A DNA stretch of 63,199 nucleotides, the filler included, from Conidiobolus incongruus B7586 (Eukaryota): NCBI GenBank assembly GCA_000697335.1. It is 11 parts of 11 records of this genome, joined end to end, with 100 filler letters (N's around TTAATTAATTAA, not from the genome) between each part and the next. Parts side by side here need not be neighbours in the genome. Positions count along the whole stretch, not along the records: positions 25,882 to 32,664 come from JNEM01000255.1; positions 32,765 to 39,853 come from JNEM01000256.1; 9 more parts are not named here. One strand, given 5' to 3'. This document shows, one piece after another, positions 29,272 through 39,953 of the stretch; within the stretch, counting starts at the first letter, position 1; the number at the start of each line of letters is the position of its first letter. Under the pieces are notes generated by a model. The model searched no databases. It was not told the DNA's origin and was given only the letters and a program-made list of their open reading frames with translations. The translations under genes were made by a program, and so were the position numbers.

Positions 29272-29913
29272 ATGCAGTATTTCACCTTATTTGTGACTTT
29301 TCTCTCTTCTCAATTTCTTAGTCAAGCTACTGGTACTGGTCGAGGTACATATGAAAATGGACCTGACGGTTATGGCGCTTGCTCTTTCCCTGCTGGAACC
29401 TACCCTAACTACGCCGGCGTCAGCCCAAGCACTTTCTCTAATTCTGCCATCTGTGGTGCTTGTCTCGAAGTAACTAATACTAGCAATAACAAGACCGTGG
29501 TAGTTAATGTTTCCGATCTTTGCAGTGGATGTGGCCCAGGTGATCTCAACATCAATGCCAATGCATTTAATCAAATTGGTGATCCTGCTTCTGGAAGCGT
29601 TCCAGTTTCTTGGAAGCAAATCAGATGTCCCGATATTAGTGGCAACTTCCTTTACCACTGGCAAGCTGGTAGTAACGAATGGTGGGCTGGATTACAAATT
29701 TTGAACGCTGCACAAGCTATAAAGAGCATTGAAGTCAATGTTAACAACCAATGGAAGCCTGCTTCCAGAAATAACAACAACGTCTGGATCATCAACGGTG
29801 CTACCAATCCTGCAAACATTCGTGTCACTGGATACGATGGAAAGGTTGTACAAGATTCATCCGTTCCCCTATTGGGCAGTGGTGGTAATGTCCCAAGCAG
29901 TGGTCAACTCTAA
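29272..29913 (+). CDS. Secreted expansin-like protein (DPBB domain + CBM63-like domain; EXLX-type), 213 aa, intronless
   Basis: Signal peptide; GACSF, CGACLEV, V.DLC.GC..GDL.I...AF..IG, GS..WWAGLQ..N....I.SIEV. Confidence 0.9.
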   Translation: MQYFTLFVTFLSSQFLSQATGTGRGTYENGPDGYGACSFPAGTYPNYAGVSPSTFSNSAICGACLEVTNTSNNKTVVVNVSDLCSGCGPGDLNINANAFNQIGDPASGSVPVSWKQIRCPDISGNFLYHWQAGSNEWWAGLQILNAAQAIKSIEVNVNNQWKPASRNNNNVWIINGATNPANIRVTGYDGKVVQDSSVPLLGSGGNVPSSGQL

Positions 29914-30167
29914 ATCTATTCTTAATTGACCTTAATATCGTTTGAATTTTTTATTATTAATTTATTTCCAGCTTTGAATAAATCTGATTTTGCTTAAAAA
30001 CCATGTAATTATGTTTAAAAAAATAATTTCACTTTTAATCAATTTCTTTAATTACACCATATCTCAAGTATTTGGGGTACATTTGTAGTGTTATATGAGC
30101 AATTAATCATTTCAACAGTATATAAACTTACTCAAGTTTAATATTATTGTTTAAAAATGAAGCAAAA

Positions 30168-30510
30168 TGTTGTCAAGAGCGAAGTGACCCCTTCTAACCA
30201 AGTATTCTTACATCAACCTAATGTTAAGGTCATTTCCCCCTCACATACCTTCTGCTCCTGCTCTATCTTTTAATTGGCTGACGATGCAAATTATTGGAGT
30301 ATCTCATAAATCTCCTTACTCAACTCACTCTATATAAAACCCAGAATTAGAGCTGTCCTCAAAAAGTAGAGTTCGATCTAGGTCCTCCAAGCTATTTGAC
30401 TTAAAGCAATAAGCCCCCTATCTCCCTAACACTTACCTGCAATTCCCCAGACCTCTCCCTTATCTAAACTATACACACGGTCTTCCCAAGACTTAAAAAT
30501 ATATTTAACA
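30168..30510 (+). mobile_element. Candidate solo LTR
   Basis: About 340-bp C-rich island bounded by TGTT...AACA, with a central TATATAAAA (30331-30339), no ORF and no clear TSD. Confidence 0.4.
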
Positions 30511-32241
30511 TTCATAATATATATTATATTTTAAATTCCAAAGTTGATAATATCTTCTATGGTGAAACTATTCTTTATAGATTATATGGTCTTCAACTAT
30601 TGTGTTGTAATAATAAAATTGATTAAAGATTATTTACAATTAATAAACACAATATTTTTAGTGTAGACGATTTGAAATCACATTGTGATATTAAATTTTA
30701 TGTCTGTCAAATCTACCTAAATTGTCAGAAATTATACAGGAAATTATGTATTTTGGATTTGGCAGAATTAATAACCTGTTTGATTGACATAAAATATATT
30801 GAATAATTTTTCTTTGAATAAACGAACAAAATTTGAAATTTAAATTTTACTAATAAATTCCAATCACTAAAGAGTATATTATTGATTTAAGAATATAATT
30901 ATCATGTGCTACGTATCATCTTACAAAAAATATTATATCTATGAGCAGAAAATTTGAGCTCCATAGTATTGAAATAAATTTAATTATTGCAAAATTACTT
31001 AATGGTTAAATATATATATTATATTAAGAAATAAGCAGTTGCGAATTTAATAATCCTATTTTTAGAAGATTTTATTATATACAGAATAGTCTTTACTCTT
31101 TAATACCTTTCAATGACTATATTTTCAAATTTTATCAAAAATTATTAATGGATCAGTTTTATATATATTGTCAAATAATTCGAAAATAATAATATAAATT
31201 TCAAATAAATATAACCGCAATTGGTTGAAATTGATAGGAAAACCAAATTTGATATATTAATTATAGTTCAATTTCAAAAAATTAGCTTGAAGAGGTATAT
31301 TCTGTTAATTACCATTAAATAACCATATATCAAAATATGAATGGAAAATTTAAGTATATTAAAATTTTTATATAATGATTATAAAATAATAAAAATGGCT
31401 GAATATAATTATATTTATTGGTTTAACAACTGTTTGATTTTTCCTTGGTGTTTGAAATAAAGAAATTTGTTAATGGAATGGATAATAATTTATAGATTAA
31501 GCGATTTTAAATTTTTTGTACTATTAATAAATTGATAATAGATGAAAAATATTGTGAATATATTAGTCTTGAAGTTTAACAAAGTAAACTATATTCACTA
31601 TAGTAAGAGTATTTTGTGATATTAATTGATTATTACTATTATTATTATTATCTCTCTAGATAATAATTTTTGAATAATTTTTAATAATTAAAATATCAGA
31701 TGGTAAATTCAATACATGAATTCAAAATTAGGTTCATATTAATTATTGATTCTATTATTAAATCAATCAATCAAACTGACTTATGTATATAATATATTAA
31801 ATTTCCCAATCAAATAATTAATGATTTAATCATTTTAAGGGTTTAAAAATCAAATTATTATTAATTTAATTAATATATGGGAAAATAATTAAACCATATT
31901 GATAATTAAAAGACATTTCAATTTAAAAACTGAATTATAATTAATATCTATTTTTTCATTACACTCGAAACAAAGAAATATCTCTTTAATATAGTTTATT
32001 GTAATATTTTTTCATATTTATTTTAAACTCTAAACCATTAAATATAAGTTAAAATTTAATTTTGAAAAAAAAAATTAATTTAATTATTTATAAATTGAAT
32101 ATATATAATCATAATATTATTTTTATGCTAAATAATATAACTGTAGACAAAATATATAAGGAAATATATATCATTTAAATTCCAATGTTAATTTAACATT
32201 TATTATTATATTGTCACATTTTTGCCTAATTAGTCTGTATA

Positions 32242-32302
32242 TTTACCTTTTATACCAGTTTACTTATAATTATCTTTTATCTTATTTTTCTTTAAATTTA
32301 TC
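32242..32302. repeat. Dispersed degenerate repeat, copy 1 (partner 45146-45206)
   Basis: ATAATTATCTTTTATCTTATTTTTCTTTAAATTTATC vs ATAATTTATCTTTTATCCTATTTTTCCTTAAATTTATC; differences are mostly transitions. Confidence 0.55.
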
Positions 32303-32664
32303 TATTTTTATCCTAATATATAGAAGGAAGGATCATTACTCTTTTTATAAAAACGATATCAATTTTAAGTCTTTATAAAAGACTTCCAATAAAACTCTTT
32401 ATAATTTGATTTTGTTATTATAATCTATTAATTTTTCAATTTAATTTATTATAATTATTTTAATTCCTAGCACTAAGATGATATTAATTTTTATAAAATA
32501 TTCAAATCATTATTATTTAATTAATATAAGTTATATTTTTTAATATATTATACTATGATTTAAACAAAATGCTTATATTTTATTTTATGAATTAAAATTA
32601 TCATTATTATAAATATAATTTAATTTATCAATATAGATATATTAAATTATAAAGATTTTATAAT

Positions 32665-32764
32665 NNNNNNNNNNNNNNNNNNNNNNNNNNNNNNNNNNNN
32701 NNNNNNNNTTAATTAATTAANNNNNNNNNNNNNNNNNNNNNNNNNNNNNNNNNNNNNNNNNNNN
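32665..32764. other. Artificial contig linker / gap
   Basis: Same 100-bp spacer. Confidence 0.97.
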
Positions 32765-32872
32765 TACTATTCTTCTTTAATTTTTGAAGGAAAATAAATC
32801 AATAGTAAATTTTATATTGTTTTTTTAAATAACATTATTTTTAATTAATATTCTTAATAAAATTTAAGAAAA

Positions 32873-33171
32873 CCTATTATTATATATAATAATTATAAAA
32901 TATATAAATCAAAAATTATAAAAAAATTTTCAATAAAAAATAACTAGAAAAAACTACCTTATTTAGTATATTTTTTAGACTATAACCTATATAATTATAA
33001 TTGCTTTAAATAATTAAAACACTAGCTTACAAGAAAGAAAATTTTTACAAAAAAATTTAATTAATTTATGAAATATCAAATTTCAGTCCTTAATAAAAGA
33101 ATTATTTTTTAATTATTAAAAGTTTACTAAAAACATAACCAAAAGTTATTAATAATAAAAGGAACTATTAA
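32873..33171 (+). mobile_element. Hypermutated mariner (DD34D) transposase remnant, copy 1 (C-terminal part)
   Basis: Translates PIIIYNNYKIYKS...*KKLPYLVYFLDYNLYNY. Undoing C>T/G>A changes gives IIHDN...H...WEKLPHPAYSPDYNPCDY, with exactly 34 codons between the two inferred Asp codons (32888-32890 and 32993-32995). The C-terminus IKSLLKT*PKVINNKRNY resembles mariner LP..W.K.I.N.G.Y. Confidence 0.82.
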
Positions 33172-33636
33172 ATTTATAATTTATATTTATTTTTATATAT
33201 TATATATCAAAATATTTATTTATTTTAAATTGCAAAAAATTCCCATTATTTAAAATACAGAGTAATATTAACCAAATTATTCTTAATAAATTTATTATAA
33301 TTAACAGACCATAAAACCAAAAATAAAATGTATTATAAAAAATAAAAGGAATGATTAAATTAGAAAATATAACAGTTATTATAAATACAAAAGTTAAAAC
33401 CATTTAAAAAAATTAATATCATTAATATGTATTAATATTAATAATAAATTATTTTGCCAACTATCACCAACAACAGTGATTTAGGATTATAGTATATATT
33501 ATAAATATATAAAAACTAATAATATAACTATCTGTTGTAAGAACAAATTAAGAAATCAACTTTAAATTTATAAGGAAATAATTATATTGATGTATTTAAA
33601 AATATTCGAAATTTGTTTATTAAAGAACAGCTTATA

Positions 33637-33895
33637 TTACCGTATCCATTATACTCACCAGACATGAACTCTTATAATTATGATTATTTTAATAAAATAA
33701 ATATTTTAAATAGGGGTAAAACTTTGAAAAATTGTAAATTATTTAAAGGAGTTAAAAGATTACCACTAGTATGAAATTATGTTATTGTAAAAGGAGAATG
33801 ATATTAATTGTTAAAATCATACTATCTTTGTTTTAGATTCTTTTATTTTTTTATCAAAAAATTCAAAACTCGGAAACTAATTTTTTAATCTAATA
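33637..33895 (+). mobile_element. Mariner-like transposon remnant, copy 2 (3' end with terminal inverted repeat)
   Basis: LPYPLYSPDMNSYNY (about LPHPPYSPDMNPCDY) and FKGVKRLPLV*NYVIVKGE*Y. The 3' end at about 33871-33893 reads TTAGATTAAAAAATTAGTTTCCG on the minus strand, like a mariner TTAGGTTG... TIR with G>A changes, and is flanked by TA. Confidence 0.78.
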
Positions 33896-36386
33896 TATAT
33901 ATAATTAATTGATTGTTATAGTTCCTTTATTAAATAATTATAATATTTGAAAGGCTTCAATAAATTCCAGTATAGAAAAAATTATTTAACCCTATCACAA
34001 AGTTCCATAAGTTTTATCACGAAAATTAATATTTATAACAGATGAATGGTGTTTAATAATATAAAACTTAATAATTTAACATATAAAATATAATTGAAAT
34101 ATTGAATCAATTTAAGACTATTTAAAACTAAGTATTGCATTTGTAAAATCACTTGAAACTAATATTGAATATAATTTGTTTATCGATATTAAATATATAT
34201 TCCAATATGATATTATATTCATAATTTAAATTATTTGAGAATAGTTTCATAATATTAATTAAAAGGAAAATTGTAAATTCAAATTTCTTATATAAACAAT
34301 ATAAAATATATACTATAAATTATAAAATAAAATTCAGCATTGAAATATCTATAATTGTAAGATATATTACGAATTTTAACAATTCAAAACCATTATTGAA
34401 TAAATAATAGATTGATTATTATATAGAAAACAAAATTTTATTAACTAATAAAAAATTCAATAAATATAAATAATACTTTATTATTTAGAATTAAGACGTT
34501 AATTAGCTAATATTGAAATAATTATTTTATCAAATCATTGCCTATCCTTTTTTTATTCTTTCTATTTATTTTTATTCAAAATAAAAATAATTTTAAAAGG
34601 ATATTATATAAAAATTATTCAAATTAATTGATTCTAAACATGTCAATTAGATCTATTAAAATCATAATATAAAACAAAATTTTAATAAAAATTCATTTTT
34701 GGAAAAGATATCAATTAATATAATTGAAGACAAAAGTTACAATAAGATTAAAATATAAATATAAATTTAATCACTACAACAGATTTTTTGGTCTAAAAAA
34801 GATTTTGAAAAGTAATAGCCAATAGGATTTGCTCAATTTCAATATAAAAAACAGTATGGACAAAATTCGAACGCATGCCTAAGGTTCATTGTCCTAGTAT
34901 AGTGTATATCTACCATAAAAGTATTTTTTTAAAATAATTTATTTTTTTATAGTAAACTAATTACCCTCAAAATCATAACATGTGGCAGGAAAAATCTTTG
35001 GTGGTGATCTTATTTTGTTAAAAAATTATTCGCGTGTATATAAATTTATAATCACCCTTATTATCTATCAAAACTTGAATTTTTCAGGGTCCTTGACTAA
35101 TTTAATTTTAATCACCCCTTGGATTTTATCAAGTTTTCAATTTTTTTTAAATTTGACCCAAAATCAAGATATTGAATATTTTGGGTAAAAAATTAATATT
35201 ATTCATGATTTTAGAGAATTTTGATTAAGTTCATATTTTTTAATTGGGTATATGACCCAATTTCAGGGAAAATATCAAACTATTCTTATTAATTTATAAA
35301 AATATTTCAGGATATATATTATAAAAGAGTTAGTGAAAATCGGAGATTGATCACATGATTATATATATTAAGAAATTATTAAGCCATTCTATCAAATTAT
35401 AAACTGTAATTGAATCTAAAAAATCCAAATTCGGATTTTAATTGAGCTACTCATAATTTAAAAACTCAATATTATTAATTTCTTTGATTATTACATTAAA
35501 ATTAACACCTTTATTTGCAATATATTATATTTTTGGTGTATTTTAATTCCATATAATGGGATCATTAAAGTTTATATCTACATTATATAATTTTTTATAT
35601 TCATAATGCAATATTTGATAATATCAAATTTAAAAAAGAGAACTTAAAGGATAAATATTATATACATTGCATCAAATACAAAGAGAAAGATGTAAAATAT
35701 GGCAAATAAAATTAATATCACTAATATAACTATTATATAAGTTTATTGACGTTGTTATCGTTTTTCTCTTTTTAGTATTAAAACTAAGTGTTGATGAAAG
35801 ATTTTAATTTCATATTGTTAAATCTATAGTTAACAAGCTTCAAATACTTGACTAGGAAACTATTCCGCTGAATTATTAGATATCTGTTATGATTTAATAA
35901 AATTATAATATTATAATTTTATACTGATTCAAATTTTATTCATTAAAAAAATTATTTAAAAAAAAATAATATTTTAATATTGAATAATTAATATTTTATA
36001 TTAATTTTTAAATAAAATATAAAAATTAAAATTATTGAATTAAATTAAATAATCTTCAATAATTAAATATTTCTGACAAAAGAAAATTGATATATAGTTA
36101 ACCAAGGGTAAAATTTAATGAAACGATTCCAAACTATCAAATAAACATGAAATTGGCTAGATTATTAAGTCATTCAATATTGAATACGGAAGAATAGAGC
36201 CCAATATTGATTAATGTACAATATTATTTACTTGATCCTTTCATAATAGTGTTTACTCGAGTGTTGATTATCCTCATGTCAGTCTATTTATTTGATTTTA
36301 GTAGGATTATTTGTTAATCGGAATAATTGATGTTGATTTCAGGCGCTAGCATTTTTTAGTTCCTTGTCATTCATTGCTAGAACAAG

Positions 36387-36607
36387 ATGATTGGTAGAAG
36401 AAATATTATCCTGCCAATGGTAAGTATCAAAATGAAAAGGTTAGAATATTTCATTGGATAATTTTCACTTCAACGTAAAATTAAAGTCTCAACTTAGAAC
36501 CATCAGTGTCAATTTCAGACTCAGAACTGAGACCAAATGAAAAAAATTCAAAAATCAAGTGCAAATATTAAATTTTTTACTAATTCGATCAGCTCATTCT
36601 GAATTAG
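36387..36607 (+). promoter_or_regulatory. Candidate 5'-UTR intron (36420-36592) and spliced upstream ORF (MIGRRNIILPM/LILN*) of the G-alpha gene
   Basis: GTAAGT donor, TACTAAT branch point and CAG acceptor about 325-500 bp upstream of the G-alpha ATG. Confidence 0.4.
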
Positions 36608-36917
36608 CCATCTTTTGCAAACTGAAATTGATTTAAATACAAGTAATACCTCTAATAAGCCGCTGTTCTCTTAATATCTCTGATTTACATCCACTTTTCT
36701 CTGGAGCTTATCTATCTATTCTAAAGTGTGCAAAGACTGGTTCTTTGGTTTAATATTGTGATCATTTATTTATATTGTTTTGATTTGATATTTGATATTG
36801 ATTCACTGATTTTATCAACTTAAAAATTCCTTTTTTTAAAAACGTTTTTGGATTAAATTATATTCTATTTTATTTTTCTATCTTTTTTATTTTTGTTTAA
36901 TTGGATTATATTTCATC

Positions 36918-38243
36918 ATGGGTTGTGGTCAAAGTGCTGATAGACAAGGTGATACTGTTAGCAGGAATATTGAAGAACAGCTTAAAAGAGATAGAGAAGT
37001 GTATAAGAATGAATTGAAGCTTCTTATATTGGGTAAATATGATATTTTGTATGGTTTCAACTTCCTGAACTAATATTTAAATTTAGGCTGTGGTGAATCT
37101 GGAAAGAGCACAATCGTTAAACAAATGACTCTTATCCACGGAAAGGGTTACACTGATGAGCAAAAACTTAGTTTCAAAGAGTGTATCTTTTCAAATACTA
37201 TTGTTTCTATGCAAGTTATATTACAGGCTATGGAGACCTTAGGCATAGTACTCAATGACGATGCTAACGCCGTTCATAGAGATGTCATTTTGAATTTCGA
37301 CCAAGTACTGGACTGTGACTGCTTACCACCAGAAGTGATTACAGCTATACAGGAGCTTTGGAAAGATGCAGGTGTTCAGCACTGTTACTCTAGATCTCGT
37401 GAATACCAATTAAATGATTCTGCTGAATAGTAAGTGTATTCTATTAGGTTCATTCGGCAATTCTCCGAGCGATCCATAATATTCCGTGTAATTGAAATTC
37501 AATATTGACATCATTTAATTAGTTTATTCAATTCGGTGGAAAGATTTGCTAAACCTGACTATATTCCCACTGATCAAGACATCCTGAGAGCCAGAATGAA
37601 GACCCTTGGAGTTCAAGAGAGTTTATTCCAGGTGGGCAAGATCACCTACAGAATGGTCGATGTAGGAGGTCAGAGGTCAGAACGTAAGAAATGGATCCAC
37701 TGTTTTGAAAATGTCTCAGCTGTCATTTTCATGAGCGCAATCAGTGAATTTGACCAGACTTTGCAAGAGGACACCCCCGTTGTAAGTCAAATGATGAAAT
37801 CACCAGTAAACACACCCCCTTACACTAACCCTTTTGATTTAGAACCGTATGACTGAAGCCTATACTTTATTTGACTCGATATGTAACCTCAGATGGTTTG
37901 CCAACGTTTCGTCCATTCTCTTTTTAAATAAGACTGACTTGCTGAAGAAAAAATTAGAGACAACCAAGCTCAAAGACTGGTGTCCAGATTATGAAGGTAA
38001 TCATTATATTTGATATATAAATATATATTTCACATTACTTACATGAGTAAATTAGGTGACAATGATTATGATTCAGCAGCAGAGTATTTCAAATCGAAAT
38101 TTATTGCCCTAAACAGAAACCAGGCGAAACACGTGTACGTGCATTTCACCTGTGCCACGGATACTACCCAAGTCAAATTTGTCATGTCTGCGGTCAATGA
38201 CATTATAGTGAAAGCGAATCTCAAAGATTGTGGTCTTGTATAG
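36918..38243 (+). CDS. Heterotrimeric G protein alpha subunit, group I (Gi-like); 5 exons: 36918-37032, 37087-37429, 37523-37781, 37843-37996, 38056-38243
   Basis: MGCGQS myristoylation/palmitoylation start, P-loop [41 protein letters not shown] and C-terminal LKDCGLV. Confidence 0.95.
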
Positions 38244-39853
38244 CACTTTTATTCTGCCAATCAAATCTCTAATTTACTTAAATGGTTATTTTCTACACTG
38301 ATACCAACAAATTTAATTTGAAAAATTGAGTACCAAAAATCTTTGAGTAGATTTTGTTATTATTCACCATTGTTATCATTATTAAACAAATTTTATTTTA
38401 TTATGATTCAATTATATTTTATTATACTATTACTATTTTGATAAATGTTATATATTCAATACATTAATACACCACAACATATGGATAATAGATGATAAAT
38501 TGTACCAATATACCTAAATTACTTCAAGTAAAATATAGGGTAAAACTGAATCAATCTATTACCGGATAAATGGCCAATATTCAAAAATATTAAAATAACT
38601 AACACTATTTAAGATTTTAGATATTCAACCCAATTCAAAATTTAATCCAAATTTTAAAACTAAGTAAAATATTAATAATCAGTATTCAATCTAATAGGTT
38701 GATATATACTAATGATAGATTTAATTATTTAAATTCATTACGCATATTCAATTCATTTTCAAAATTACAATTGTTAATATTTTAATACTTTAATAATATC
38801 CAATTAGATTTCAATATAAATATAATTTCCAAAATAATCAAAACTGACTAAATATTTAACTAAGCTTTTAACTGAAAAAACTCTAAGTTTTATCTAAAAA
38901 TTTCAAATATATACTATCAACCAATTATTAAGATTTTTAAAATGATATGGATAATCCCTAATCAGGTTAATTCTCCTTAATAGTTTTTTAATTTTGTAAA
39001 TAATCAAATACTTTAAACTGGATTTTATTCAAATTTATATTGGTTATTTTGATATCTCACTATATATTTATATACAGGTTTTAAAATTGCTTTTTTTAAT
39101 TTTTAAAAGTTTAATCCTTTCTATTTAAATAAATGAAAAAATATTAGATTGTTATCAAATAAATTTTAATGAAAAAAATTTTTTTCAAATTATATATTTT
39201 TAATATTTTTTATATAATCCTATTGAAATTATTTCGTATAAAAGCCTATATTATTACATAAGGATATTTTAATATTTTGTACTAATTTATAAAATTATTC
39301 AGTGATTAAAATATATTAATGATTATTGAACCATTTCAGCTAAATTATATTTATCATTTTTTACCTTTGACTTATTTTAAATTAAGTATATATTGTTGAT
39401 AGGAATTTTAAGAGTTAATATAACTATTATTAATAATTTCAAACATAGAACTAAATATATATTTTTGGTACATTTTTGAATATATCGAATATTACTATTA
39501 AAATATTATATCACTTAATTATATTCATATCAATATTTATCATTTCATTATTTTTTTAACCTAAATTAATTCCAATATATTTCAATAATTTTAATTAATA
39601 TAATATAATATTTCAATATTAATAATGATTATGAATTATAATATTTCTTCCCTTTAAAAATTAATATTAAAAATTCTTATATATTATAATAAGTTGATCT
39701 AAAATACTTTAAATTAATAAAATATTATATAAATAAAAATTAATTTAATTCTATTTATTTAAAATAAAGAATAATAATATAATAATTTATATTTTTGGAT
39801 TTTTTTATATTAATTCATTATTTAGTCCATTTAATTAAAATAAATTCCAATTT

Positions 39854-39953
39854 NNNNNNNNNNNNNNNNNNNNNNNNNNNNNNNNNNNNNNNNNNNNTTA
39901 ATTAATTAANNNNNNNNNNNNNNNNNNNNNNNNNNNNNNNNNNNNNNNNNNNN
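39854..39953. other. Artificial contig linker / gap
   Basis: Same 100-bp spacer. Confidence 0.97.

Noticed and set aside
29287..29929. Overlapping and antisense ORFs within the expansin gene (similarly within the MFS and IDO genes)
   Set aside because: These are shadow frames of real GC-richer coding sequence with no independent motifs.
33200..33403. Short hydrophobic ORFs in AT-rich DNA (also 7532-7747, 22125-22340, 41898-42143, 61526-61747)
   Set aside because: Their I/L/F/N/K/Y-rich composition is expected by chance in DNA this AT-rich; some overlap degraded transposons.
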